Positions 17,102-26,922 of a stretch of 32,000 nucleotides of DNA are shown here, piece by piece. The DNA is from Bacillus subtilis subsp. subtilis str. 168 (GTDB lineage: Bacteria; Bacillota; Bacilli; Bacillales; Bacillaceae): positions 960,001-992,000 of the forward strand of contig NC_000964.3 in assembly GCF_000009045.1 (NCBI RefSeq), given 5' to 3'. Positions within the stretch are counted from its first letter, which is position 1. The number at the start of each line of letters is the position of its first letter. Made by a program: the position numbers and the translations under genes. Under the pieces are notes generated by a model, which was not told where the DNA came from, made no database searches, and saw only the letters and a program-made list of their open reading frames with translations.

Positions 17102-17734
17102 ATGAACAGAGGACGTTTAATTCTGACCAACATTATCGGTTTGATTGTTGTTCTTGCAATTATAGCTGGAGGTGCTTACTACTATTATCAAAGCACAAAC
17201 TACGTAAAAACAGATGAAGCAAAAGTAGCGGGCGATATGGCTGCTATTACTGCTCCAGCAGCAGGTAAAGTATCTGACTGGGATCTGGACGAAGGAAAAA
17301 CAGTGAAAAAAGGCGACACAGTTGCAAAAATCAAAGGTGAACAAACTGTTGACGTAAAATCCATTATGGATGGCACAATTGTGAAAAACGAAGTGAAAAA
17401 CGGACAAACCGTACAAGCTGGTACAACAATTGCACAAACGATTGACATGGACAACCTATACATCACAGCAAATATTAAAGAAACAGATATTGCGGATATT
17501 GAAGTAGGAAATAGTGTAGACGTAGTAGTTGACGGAGACCCTGATACTACATTTGACGGTACTGTAGAAGAAATTGGTTATGCGACTAACTCAACTTTTG
17601 ATATGCTTCCTTCTACAAATTCAAGCGGAAACTACACAAAAGTAACACAAAAAGTTCCTGTGAAAATTTCAATCAAAAACCCATCTGATAAGGTGCTTCC
17701 TGGAATGAATGCATCTGTTAAAATTTCTGAGTAA
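17102..17734 (+). CDS. yhbJ: HlyD/EmrA-like membrane fusion (adaptor) protein YhbJ
   Basis: N-terminal TM, YVKTDEAKVAGDMAAITAPAAGKVSDWDLDEGKTVKKGD lipoyl-like motif. Upstream of a DHA2 transporter. Confidence 0.88.
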   Translation: MNRGRLILTNIIGLIVVLAIIAGGAYYYYQSTNYVKTDEAKVAGDMAAITAPAAGKVSDWDLDEGKTVKKGDTVAKIKGEQTVDVKSIMDGTIVKNEVKNGQTVQAGTTIAQTIDMDNLYITANIKETDIADIEVGNSVDVVVDGDPDTTFDGTVEEIGYATNSTFDMLPSTNSSGNYTKVTQKVPVKISIKNPSDKVLPGMNASVKISE

Positions 17735-17774
17735 AACAGATCAGTCATCAAACCATGAAAGGAGGTTGTCTTAG

Positions 17775-19373
17775 ATGGCTACAGGCAAAGAAAAAAATGC
17801 AAAAAACCCTATGTCATTGCTGATTGTGCTAATGGCGGGTTTATTTTTGGCAATTCTAAACCAAACACTGCTTAATGTTGCAATGCCGCACTTAATGACT
17901 GAATTTGGCGTAAGTGCAACGACGATTCAGTGGCTGACAACAGGTTACATGCTTGTTAACGGTGTATTGATTCCGTTATCTGCTTTCCTGATTACACGAT
18001 TTGGCCAGCGGAGTCTCTTTCTCGTCGCGATGTTTTGTTTTACGCTCGGTACGTTAGTCTGCGGTATCGCACCTAACTTCTCTACAATGCTGATCGGCCG
18101 TTTGATTCAGGCCGTGGGCGGAGGTATCTTGCAGCCGCTCGTTATGACAACCATTCTGTTAATTTTCCCGCCTGAAAGCAGGGGGAAAGGAATGGGGATT
18201 TTCGGGCTAGCGATGATGTTTGCTCCAGCGGTCGGCCCGACTCTTTCCGGGTGGATTATTGAGCATTATACATGGCGCATTATGTTTTACGGACTTGTGC
18301 CGATCGGCGCAATTGTTATCATTGTGGCTTTCTTCATCTTTAAAAATATGGTGGAGCCGCAAAAAATCAAACTCGATACTCTTGGCGCAATCCTCTCGAT
18401 TGTCGGATTCGCCTCCTTATTATACGGAGTCAGTGAAGCCGGATCTGACGGCTGGACCGACCCGATTGTATTGTCTACAGTTATTATCGGAGCCATTGCA
18501 ATTGTTGCTTTTGTTGTTCAGCAATTGCGTCATGATGATCCGATGCTTGATTTCAGAGTGTTTAAATATGACATTTTCTCACTCTCGAGTGTCATTAATA
18601 TCATTATTACAGTGGCACTTTACACTGGTATGTTCCTTTTACCGATTTATCTGCAAAACCTGGTCGGCTTTACGGCGCTTCAATCCGGTCTGCTTCTGCT
18701 TCCGGGTGCGATCGTTATGCTGATTATGTCACCGATCTCAGGTATTTTGTTCGATAAATTCGGACCGAGACCGCTTGCGATTATCGGGCTTCTCGTGACA
18801 GTGGTAACAACGTATCAATACACGCAATTGACAATTGATACACCATATACACACATCATGCTGATCTATTCAATTCGTGCATTTGGTATGTCTCTCTTAA
18901 TGATGCCAGTCATGACAGCCGGGATGAACCAGCTTCCTGCCCGTCTGAACAGCCACGGAACGGCGATGAGTAACACGCTTCGCCAAATCAGCGGATCAAT
19001 CGGAACAAGTTTAATTACGACGATTTATACAAACCGGACGACATTCCATTATTCACAAATTGCAGATAAAACAAGCACGGCGGACCCGAACTTCCTCCAT
19101 GCGTTCCAAAATGCAGTTTCGAATTTAATGGTGAATATGAATGTGTCTTATGATACGGCGAAAACATATGTGTACTCACATATTTATAAACACGCATCAC
19201 TCGATTCCAATGTCATGGGGATAAATGATGCCTTTATGTGGGCAACCTTATTCTGTGTAGCAGGTTTGATTTTAAGTATCTTCCTGCGTGACGTCAGAAA
19301 AGATAAATTGCGTAAGAAGAAAAAAGAGGAGCTTTCATTACTTCCTGCTCCAAAAGAAGCTAAGGAATCTTAA
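17775..19373 (+). CDS. yhcA: MFS drug efflux transporter, DHA2/EmrB-QacA family, YhcA
   Basis: 532 aa with about 14 TM segments, WLTTGYMLVNGVLIPLSAFLITRFGQR and GGGILQPLVMT motifs. Confidence 0.92.
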   Translation: MATGKEKNAKNPMSLLIVLMAGLFLAILNQTLLNVAMPHLMTEFGVSATTIQWLTTGYMLVNGVLIPLSAFLITRFGQRSLFLVAMFCFTLGTLVCGIAPNFSTMLIGRLIQAVGGGILQPLVMTTILLIFPPESRGKGMGIFGLAMMFAPAVGPTLSGWIIEHYTWRIMFYGLVPIGAIVIIVAFFIFKNMVEPQKIKLDTLGAILSIVGFASLLYGVSEAGSDGWTDPIVLSTVIIGAIAIVAFVVQQLRHDDPMLDFRVFKYDIFSLSSVINIIITVALYTGMFLLPIYLQNLVGFTALQSGLLLLPGAIVMLIMSPISGILFDKFGPRPLAIIGLLVTVVTTYQYTQLTIDTPYTHIMLIYSIRAFGMSLLMMPVMTAGMNQLPARLNSHGTAMSNTLRQISGSIGTSLITTIYTNRTTFHYSQIADKTSTADPNFLHAFQNAVSNLMVNMNVSYDTAKTYVYSHIYKHASLDSNVMGINDAFMWATLFCVAGLILSIFLRDVRKDKLRKKKKEELSLLPAPKEAKES

Positions 19374-19395
19374 TCTGTACAGGGAGGTTTCCTGA

Positions 19396-19926
19396 ATGAA
19401 AATTTATGTAGTGTATGATAGTGAAGGCGAACATACTAAAGTGCTTGCAGAAGCGATTGCTGAAGGCGCGAGAGAAAACGACGCGGCTGAAGTGTTCATC
19501 GACCATGTAGATCAGGCTGATATCCGCAAGCTTAAAGATATGGATGCGATTATTTGGGGATGCCCAGGGCATTTCGGAACAATCAGCTCCGGTCTTAAAA
19601 CTTGGATCGACAGACTTGGCTACTTGTGGGCTGAAGGCGAGCTGATCAACAAAGTCGGTGCTGTCTTCTGCACAACGGCAACAACACACGGCGGCTTGGA
19701 AATGACAATGCACAATTTAATCACGCCGATGTTCCACCAAGGCATGATTGTTGTCGGACTGCCTGGCAACGTGCCTGAAAACGCACTTTATGGCTCTTAT
19801 TACGGAGCAGGTGTCACTTGTCCGGTAGACAGTGATGAGTTAATGTCTGAGGAAGGTATTCAGCTTGGACGCGCGTTGGGAAGACGTGTCAGCCAAGTCA
19901 CAGGAAACCTAACAGCAGGACAGTAA
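19396..19926 (+). CDS. yhcB: Flavodoxin-like NAD(P)H:quinone oxidoreductase (WrbA family) YhcB
   Basis: [27 protein letters not shown]... flavodoxin fold, [22 protein letters not shown] and [12 protein letters not shown], WrbA-like. Confidence 0.9.
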
Positions 19927-19938
19927 GGAGAGGTTGAA

Positions 19939-20313
19939 ATGGCCATTATTATAGCAATAATTGCTGCTGTCATTGTCATTGCGGCCCTTATTACATTTAA
20001 CGTCCGCAACGCCTCACCTGGACCTGAGAAGCAAGAAGCAACCGATAGAATCGCACCTCCAGAAGAGGAAAAAAACGAAGCGCATTACCCTGCTGAAGCA
20101 AGGGCTGCCGAGCATACGCCATCCGTTGTCAAAAACGATTCTCCAAAAGAGAAGCGTGACACAATGGGTGATGATATTTACAGGCAGGCGCTGCAAAAGT
20201 TTAAGCATTCTGATGAAGTTCATGCAGAAGAAGAGGTCACTGAGGAAAGTGACAAAATGCAGGACCGCAGCTATCGTGATGCGCTGCTCTCTATGAAAAA
20301 TAAGAAAAAGTAA
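19939..20313 (+). CDS. yhcC: Hypothetical single-TM, charged protein YhcC
   Basis: 124 aa. N-terminal TM MAIIIAIIAAVIVIAALITF followed by an acidic/basic tail. RBS GAGAGG. Confidence 0.8.
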   Translation: MAIIIAIIAAVIVIAALITFNVRNASPGPEKQEATDRIAPPEEEKNEAHYPAEARAAEHTPSVVKNDSPKEKRDTMGDDIYRQALQKFKHSDEVHAEEEVTEESDKMQDRSYRDALLSMKNKKK

Positions 20314-20315
20314 TG

Positions 20316-20356
20316 AAAAAGGCAAATCCGTTTACTCATGCGGGTTTGCCTTTTTT
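20316..20356 (+). terminator. Terminator after yhcC
   Basis: AAAAAGGCAAATCCG (20316-20330), 10-nt loop, CGGGTTTGCCTTTTTT (20341-20356). Confidence 0.85.
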
Positions 20357-20423
20357 GCTGTTTCCATCAATTATGTTTTTATCAAATAAATCCATGGAAT
20401 ATGTTGTATTCCACCTTGATCTA

Positions 20424-20445
20424 GTGTACTATGTTACTCATACAC
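20424..20445 (+). promoter_or_regulatory. Candidate operator of the GntR-family regulator YhcF upstream of yhcE
   Basis: Inverted repeat GTGTA (20424-20428), 12-nt spacer, TACAC (20441-20445), immediately before the RBS region of yhcE. A TTGATC -35-like element lies at 20416-20421. Confidence 0.45.
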
Positions 20446-20472
20446 CGAGGATTTTTTCCGGGAGGTAAAGAC

Positions 20473-21234
20473 ATGAATTCTTTTTTAGGTTTATTAAAGA
20501 AAGATATCAAGCTTTCAAGAATGTGGCTGCTAGTATGGATATGCGGAATCATTTTCTTATTGGGAACAGGCCATATTATAGCTTCTCGCACGAAAGAACC
20601 TCTAGTCATTTTTGGTTTTTTTGTTGCAGTTGCTTTTTTTCTGCTTTTCTTATCTCCTGTTTTTGTTTTTTATCACCTTCGCAAGGAAGGGAAATCACAG
20701 CTTTGGCTGTACAATCCAAATGGCGGCTTATGGCTGTTTTCTTCTAAATTGGCAGCATCTTTGCTCTATCAATTTGTGATTCAGTTGGCATTAACAGCCT
20801 ATGGCATATGGATGTATCATATGCTCTCTGTAAAAAATCTGCTGGAGCATCAAGTTGATATAACGAGTACAGTGGCTTTGCTGAATATGTATGGGCTTAT
20901 TTCTTCGTTAGATATGTCAGTAACAGTCATTGTGTTTTGGACTGTTTTTCACTCTCTCAGAAATTGGCGCGGAATGCGGTGGGCTGCGATGGTTCTGTTG
21001 GTCGCAATGTGGTTATTCTTCGATGAATACATCATAAGCCCTTTGGTTGAATCTCAAAAGCATTTCTGGCCTGTAACAGTCTATTGCAATTTTGATTTCC
21101 ACTTCCACAATGTTTGGAGATTGGAACTAAAACCTATCCATCTGTCTGTGCTAGGGTTTCCTATTGCTATAGTCATCACATTCTTGCTGCTCATCATGGC
21201 TTCAAAACTGCTTGATCGTAAAGTAGAGGTGTAA
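20473..21234 (+). CDS. yhcE: Multi-span membrane protein YhcE, probable ABC transporter permease-like component
   Basis: 253 aa with about 6 hydrophobic segments. GGGAGGTAAAGAC precedes the ATG at 20473. First gene of yhcEFGHI. Confidence 0.85.
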   Translation: MNSFLGLLKKDIKLSRMWLLVWICGIIFLLGTGHIIASRTKEPLVIFGFFVAVAFFLLFLSPVFVFYHLRKEGKSQLWLYNPNGGLWLFSSKLAASLLYQFVIQLALTAYGIWMYHMLSVKNLLEHQVDITSTVALLNMYGLISSLDMSVTVIVFWTVFHSLRNWRGMRWAAMVLLVAMWLFFDEYIISPLVESQKHFWPVTVYCNFDFHFHNVWRLELKPIHLSVLGFPIAIVITFLLLIMASKLLDRKVEV

Positions 21235-21236
21235 AT

Positions 21237-21602
21237 ATGGACAATCAATTCCAATCCTCGAAACCGATTTATCTGCAGATCGCTGATCAGATCTTTTATA
21301 GGCTGGTCAGGAAGGAGCTGCTCCCAGGAGACAAGCTTCCTTCAGTAAGAGAAATGGCGATTCAAACTAAAGTAAATCCCAATACAATTCAAAGAACTTA
21401 CAGTGAGATGGAAAGGCTGGGTATTGTGGAGACAAGAAGAGGTCAAGGGACGTTTATTGCGGAAAAAGCAGAAATCGTAGACGAGCTGAAAGACAAGCTG
21501 ACACGAGAGGTGCTGGAAGGCTTTGTCAAGCAAATGAAAGAGCTGGGGCTAACGAAAGAAGAAATGTTAGAAGGGATTAAAACATTCACAGAGGGAGGCT
21601 AA
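21237..21602 (+). CDS. yhcF: GntR-family (YtrA-like) regulator YhcF
   Basis: [47 protein letters not shown] is a GntR wHTH. Short C-terminal domain. Confidence 0.92.
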
Positions 21603-21603
21603 A

Positions 21604-22302
21604 ATGGAAATCAAGCTAGAACATGTATCAAAAAAATACGGCCGCCATACGGCCGTCAATGATGTGTCAATCACCCTATCATCCGGACGGATTTATGGCC
21701 TGATTGGACCGAACGGCAGCGGCAAGTCAACGACCCTGAAAATGATGGCTGGCCTTCTGTTTCCGACTTCAGGATTTGTAAAAGTTGATGAAGAGCAGGT
21801 TACGAGAGAAATGGTGCGTCAAACGGCTTATCTTACTGAGCTTGATATGTTTTATCCGCATTTCACTGTTAAAGATATGGTGAATTTTTATCAGTCGCAG
21901 TTTCCTGATTTTCATACAGAACAGGTTTATAAGCTATTGAATGAGATGCAGCTGAATCCGGAAAAAAAGATCAAAAAGCTATCAAAAGGAAATCGGGGCA
22001 GGCTGAAAATCGTTCTTGCTTTAGCGAGACGGGCAGACGTCATCTTGCTTGATGAACCTTTTTCCGGGCTTGATCCGATGGTCAGGGATTCCATCGTAAA
22101 CAGCCTTGTGTCGTACATTGATTTTGAGCAGCAGATTGTCGTGATCGCGACACATGAAATTGATGAAATTGAGACTTTGTTAGATGAAGTAATCATCCTC
22201 GCCAATGGAGAAAAAGTTGCGCAGCGTGAAGTAGAAGATATTCGTGAACAGGAAGGCATGTCTGTTTTGCAATGGTTTAAATCAAAAATGGAAGTTTGCT
22301 AG
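21604..22302 (+). CDS. yhcG: ABC transporter ATP-binding protein YhcG
   Basis: GPNGSGKST, a signature region of LSKGNRGRL (non-canonical), [13 protein letters not shown]. Confidence 0.92.
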
Positions 22303-22318
22303 AAAGAGGAGGAATATG

Positions 22319-23236
22319 ATGAAAACAGTGTTGGAATTGAAAAACGTGACTAAAAACATCAGAGGCCGAACGATCATTGATGATCTCAGTTTTACGATTC
22401 GTGAAGGCGAGGTATTCGGTTTTTTAGGACCAAACGGAGCGGGGAAAACGACAACCATCCGGATGATGGTGGGGTTAATGAAGCTGTCGAAAGGTGATGT
22501 CCTCATTTGCGGCCAATCAATTACGAAAGAATATGCCAAGGCGATTAAGCATATCGGAGCGATCGTTGAGAATCCCGAGCTGTATAAATTTTTGAGCGGA
22601 TATAAAAATCTCCAGCAATTCGCAAGGATGGTCAAGGGTGTCACGAAGGAAAAAATTGATGAAGTTGTTGAACTGGTCGGTTTAACAGACAGAATCCACG
22701 ACAAGGTGAAAACATATTCTCTGGGGATGAGACAGCGTCTTGGCTTGGCACAATGCCTTCTGCACGATCCGAAAGTGCTGATTTTGGATGAACCGACAAA
22801 CGGCCTTGATCCGGCGGGGATCAGAGAAATCAGAGATCATTTAAAGAAGCTGACCCGAGAAAGAGGAATGGCTGTCATCGTTTCAAGCCACCTGCTGTCA
22901 GAAATGGAACTGATGTGTGATCGAATTGCGATTCTGCAAAAAGGAAAGCTGATCGATATTCAAAATGTAAAAGATGAAAACATTGATGAGAATGATACAT
23001 ATTTCTTCCAGGTTGAGCAGCCGAGTGAAGCCGCTACTGTTTTAAATCAGTACGATTTGCTGAGTAAGACAAATGGTGTAGAAATCAAACTGGCTAAAGA
23101 GGAAGTCCCTGCGGTTATTGAATTGCTGGTGATGCAGCAAATCCGTATTTATGAGGTCAAGGTCATAACAAAATCATTAGAGGACCGTTTCTTAGAAATG
23201 ACAGGTGAAACAAAAGAGGAGGTTCAGCATGCTTAA
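22319..23236 (+). CDS. yhcH: ABC transporter ATP-binding protein YhcH
   Basis: GPNGAGKTTT, LSGYKN/YSLGMRQRLGLAQ, VLILDEPTNGLDP. AGAGGAGG precedes the ATG at 22319 (22316 also possible). The upstream track extension overlaps yhcG and is unlikely. Confidence 0.92.
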   Translation: MKTVLELKNVTKNIRGRTIIDDLSFTIREGEVFGFLGPNGAGKTTTIRMMVGLMKLSKGDVLICGQSITKEYAKAIKHIGAIVENPELYKFLSGYKNLQQFARMVKGVTKEKIDEVVELVGLTDRIHDKVKTYSLGMRQRLGLAQCLLHDPKVLILDEPTNGLDPAGIREIRDHLKKLTRERGMAVIVSSHLLSEMELMCDRIAILQKGKLIDIQNVKDENIDENDTYFFQVEQPSEAATVLNQYDLLSKTNGVEIKLAKEEVPAVIELLVMQQIRIYEVKVITKSLEDRFLEMTGETKEEVQHA

Positions 23237-24170
23237 TTTGATTTATAATGAGTGGCTCAAAATTTTCAGCCGTGCCGGAACATGGGTGATGATCGGAATT
23301 CTGGGGCTGACAATGGTTGGATTTGCATTTTTGGCGAATCATTTTTCTGCCGGTGAATCAAATTCCCATTGGAAACAAGAGCTTCAAGCACAAAACGCCG
23401 AATTAAAGAAAGAAATCAAAGAAGATCCTTCACTGAAAGATGGGTATAAAGAAACAATCACACTCAATGACTATCGCATCGAGCATAATATCCCTAGTGA
23501 CACGGGCTATACGGTATGGTCTTATGTAACGGATTCAGCAAACTTTACCATCCTTACCGGTCTGTTTACTATTATCATCGCGGCCGGAATTGTCGCGAAC
23601 GAATTTAATTGGGGAACGATTAAGCTATTAATGATTCGGCCGCTCAGTCGTTTTCAAATTTTGATGTCCAAATATATTACAGTTCTCCTGTTTGGGCTCC
23701 TGTTGCTGTTGATTTTATTTATCGGTTCTACTTTATTAGGGTTGATCTTCTTCGGAACGGGTGGTGAAACCGCCGCGAATATTCATTTAATCTATAAGGA
23801 TGGCCATGTCATTGAGCAAAACATGATGGGGCATTTGGCTACAACGTATCTTTCTGAATCCGTCTCGGCTTTAATGGTGGCGACGATGGCGTTTATGCTG
23901 TCTGCGGTATTCAGAAACAGCTCTCTTGCGGTTGGTTTTTCCATCTTCTTGTTGGTTGCCGGTACGACTGCAACTGCATTTATTGCAGCGAAATTTGACT
24001 GGGCAAAGTATATATTGTTTGCTAATGTCGACTTGACTCAGTATGTGGATGGCACACCGTTAATAAAAGGGATGACTATGACGTTTTCTCTCGTCATGCT
24101 GGCGATCTACTTTATCATCTTCCTGTTGCTTGCTTTCGGAATCTTCATGAAGCGGGATATTGCAAACTAA
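23229..24170 (+). CDS. yhcI: ABC-2 type transporter permease YhcI
   Basis: 313 aa, FSRAGTWVMIGILGL...VANEFNWGTIKLLMIRPLSR typical of ABC-2 permeases. Overlaps yhcH by 8 bp. Confidence 0.9.
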   Translation: MLNLIYNEWLKIFSRAGTWVMIGILGLTMVGFAFLANHFSAGESNSHWKQELQAQNAELKKEIKEDPSLKDGYKETITLNDYRIEHNIPSDTGYTVWSYVTDSANFTILTGLFTIIIAAGIVANEFNWGTIKLLMIRPLSRFQILMSKYITVLLFGLLLLLILFIGSTLLGLIFFGTGGETAANIHLIYKDGHVIEQNMMGHLATTYLSESVSALMVATMAFMLSAVFRNSSLAVGFSIFLLVAGTTATAFIAAKFDWAKYILFANVDLTQYVDGTPLIKGMTMTFSLVMLAIYFIIFLLLAFGIFMKRDIAN

Positions 24171-24172
24171 TA

Positions 24173-24208
24173 AAAAAAGCTGTTTTGCTTATGCAAAACA
24201 GCTTTTTT
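24173..24208. terminator. Bidirectional terminator, yhcI side
   Basis: AAAAAAGCTGTTTTGC-ttat-GCAAAACAGCTTTTTT, perfect 16-bp stem. Confidence 0.85.
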
Positions 24209-24217
24209 GTCAAAATA

Positions 24218-24246
24218 AAAACTGCAGGTTTGCACCTGCAGTTTTT
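24218..24246. terminator. Second terminator, cspB side
   Basis: AAAACTGCAGGT-ttgc-ACCTGCAGTTTT, perfect 12-bp stem. Confidence 0.8.
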
Positions 24247-24261
24247 CATATCAATTTATGC

Positions 24262-24582
<321 letters not shown>

Positions 24583-24590
24583 TTACCTTT

Positions 24591-24619
24591 ACTCTACCAG
24601 TAATCTTCAGAAAAAACAA
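24591..24619 (-). promoter_or_regulatory. cspB promoter implying a roughly 120-nt 5'UTR
   Basis: Minus strand TTGTTT, 17-nt spacer, TGG-TAGAGT (extended -10). Confidence 0.55.
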
Positions 24620-24900
24620 CTGCTTATTGAAATTTTTTTCGGAAAATACCATATTTATTTTTCAATTTGATATTTATTTACGGAAATTCATCTGTTTTCT
24701 CGATATGTGATCATACGTTTGCCTTAGTATTCCTTCATTTTGGGAAGATAAGTAATAGGAATTGACAACCTTATTGGATATGAGTAAGGTAAAAGTTAAT
24801 CAATATTACAAATGACAACGTTTATCAACTAAGAGAGCGTATGATTTTTATGTCTGATATTGCTTGCATGCTCTAATACATAGATAGGAGTATGGTCACA

Positions 24901-25731
24901 ATGAAAAAGTGGCTTATATGCAGTTTCGTCCTTGTTCTTCTCGTTTCATTTACTGCATGTTCACCGTCTGCAGAACATGAATCGATAAAAATCGGGATTG
25001 CTGAGTCTGACGGGGCAATATGGAACTATATTGCTCAAAAGGCTGAAGAGGCAGGGCTGGATATTCAGCTGATCCCTTTTTCTGATTATGCGGAGTCTGA
25101 TATCGCACTTGCTAACAAAGAAATTGATGCCAACGCCTTTCAAACCATTTCATATTTTCAGTCGTTCACTGAAAAATACAAACTTAATTTGGCACCGCTC
25201 GGGACGACATACATAACGCCCATGGGCATTTATTCAAAACGATATGAACGAATCCGAGATATATCGCGGGGAGCTGTCGTTTCTGTTCCGGATAAAGCGT
25301 TCGATTTTGGCAGGGCGCTTACGGTGCTCCAGGAAGCGGGTTTGCTAACGCTGAAAAACGGATTTAACGGAACAGGTTCAGTTGATATGATTAAAGATAA
25401 TCCGAGACACCTGAAATTAAAAGCTGTCCGGCAACAGGATGCAGTGAGCGGTGCCGACGTGTTTGTCATGAAACCATCAGAAGCAAAAAAAGCGGGCTTG
25501 AACCCGAAAAAGCATACGCTAAAGAGCGGCGGACTCATGTCTGAGGAAGAGATGAATTTGATTGTTGTCAGAGCGGAGGATCAAGATCGGGAAGCGCTGC
25601 AAACCATTCTTGAGCTTTATCAAGCTGATGATACAGCGGCATTTATAGAAAAAGAATATCAGGGAGATCTTGTCCCGGCTTTTCTGCCTTTGAAACGTCT
25701 TTCAGATTGGAAGAATGAATTCGAACATTGA
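24901..25731 (+). CDS. yhcJ: NlpA/MetQ-family substrate-binding lipoprotein YhcJ
   Basis: MKKWLICSFVLVLLVSFTACSPS lipobox, then ...IKIGIAESDGAIWNYIAQKAEEAGLDIQLIPFSDYAESDIALANKEIDANAFQ, MetQ-like. Confidence 0.88.
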   Translation: MKKWLICSFVLVLLVSFTACSPSAEHESIKIGIAESDGAIWNYIAQKAEEAGLDIQLIPFSDYAESDIALANKEIDANAFQTISYFQSFTEKYKLNLAPLGTTYITPMGIYSKRYERIRDISRGAVVSVPDKAFDFGRALTVLQEAGLLTLKNGFNGTGSVDMIKDNPRHLKLKAVRQQDAVSGADVFVMKPSEAKKAGLNPKKHTLKSGGLMSEEEMNLIVVRAEDQDREALQTILELYQADDTAAFIEKEYQGDLVPAFLPLKRLSDWKNEFEH

Positions 25732-25747
25732 ATTCATTCTTTTTTTT
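25713..25747 (+). terminator. Terminator overlapping the 3' end of yhcJ
   Basis: GAATGAATTC (25713-25722), loop gaacatt, GAATTCATTC (25730-25739), then TTTTTTTT. Confidence 0.7.
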
Positions 25748-26813
25748 CTGAAAAACACACTCTGTTCCGTCCCGTTTCTTTCGCTTTGTAAAGCATTTGA
25801 TCGGCAAGAATGGGCAAGGATCCTGGCTGTTCCGTATTATTGGGGTAATGAGCGGCCCCTAGTGATATCGTAACTGAAAGCTCGTCGCCGTTTGTTAATA
25901 CAATCGGTGCATCACTTACAGTGCTCCTGATCCGTTCAGCGATCCGGGCTGCTTTATCAAGAGAACAGTTCGGCAGGAGCACGGCAAATTCTTCACCGCC
26001 GATCCGAGCGGCAGGATCAGTATTTCGGATGGTCTGCTTCAGACGTAACCCTAGCTCTTTGAGCACCTGATCTCCTTCATGATGGCCATATTGGTCATTG
26101 ATGGTCTTAAAATGATCGATATCCATATAAATCAGTGCAAATTGAAAATGCGGGGTATCGGCCGCCTGCTGATACAGAGCTTTTGTGGTTTCTTCAAATT
26201 TTCTTCGGTTATACACGCCTGTTAAAAAGTCAAAGTGCGCCTGAAACTTATATTGTTTAAAAAGAAGATGTGCATTTGTTTCATGATCAATAATATATAA
26301 ACTGAGCATGCCGCCCGCTATTGATATGATCCAAAAATACAAATGAAGTTCGTATGAATGTAAATCTATAAGAAAATAAAAGGAAAAGGAGATCAAGCTA
26401 TTTGTGATTATTAAAAGATAGAAAGCATGTTTTAGTTGAACTTTTTTTCTTCTAGAAACAATGAGTGACGGAATGGCAGCGATACAAATGATAATAACCG
26501 AGTATAGTGCAGATGTGTTCATCGTAATCAGCAAGCGGCCTGCAGTGATCATGGCCAGGGCCGTTGCCGTTGAAACCCAGCCTCCATAAAGAGCGGCAAT
26601 CATAATAGGGATATTTCGAAGATCAATAATTGAATGCTGATAGGTAAATCCAAAAACCATCAGAATAACCCCGAGCAAACCGCAGGCCAGTCCTTTAACA
26701 GCTTGAAAGGATATGCTGTCTTTTTTATGTACTAGCCTTTCTTTAAACAGGTGGGTGAAGAGATAATTAAATGTGATTAAAATGGTCAAATTTACAAACA
26801 GTTCTTTCAGCAA
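25734..26813 (-). CDS. dgcK: Membrane diguanylate cyclase DgcK (YhcK)
   Basis: N-terminal 5TM-LYT-like region, then a GGDEF domain (DFLTGVYNRRKFEE...YMDIDHFKTINDQYGHHEGDQVLK...ARIGGEEFAVLLP). Confidence 0.93.
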   Translation of the reverse strand: MLKELFVNLTILITFNYLFTHLFKERLVHKKDSISFQAVKGLACGLLGVILMVFGFTYQHSIIDLRNIPIMIAALYGGWVSTATALAMITAGRLLITMNTSALYSVIIICIAAIPSLIVSRRKKVQLKHAFYLLIITNSLISFSFYFLIDLHSYELHLYFWIISIAGGMLSLYIIDHETNAHLLFKQYKFQAHFDFLTGVYNRRKFEETTKALYQQAADTPHFQFALIYMDIDHFKTINDQYGHHEGDQVLKELGLRLKQTIRNTDPAARIGGEEFAVLLPNCSLDKAARIAERIRSTVSDAPIVLTNGDELSVTISLGAAHYPNNTEQPGSLPILADQMLYKAKETGRNRVCFSEKKE

Positions 26814-26922
26814 ATATTATCACCCTTATATAAGGTACTAAAGATGGAAGGGAAAGAAAAGAACAAAAAAGGCATTATATAAGGTTTTTTTACTTGAATT
26901 GATAAGTTAAAATAATTCGCAC

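Noticed and set aside
24763-24791. TTGACA-17-TAAGGT upstream of yhcJ as a sulfur-regulated promoter like ssu and tcyP
   Set aside because: The -10 is poor, and the downstream sequence TTATTGGATAT only vaguely resembles the CGGAATWA motif.
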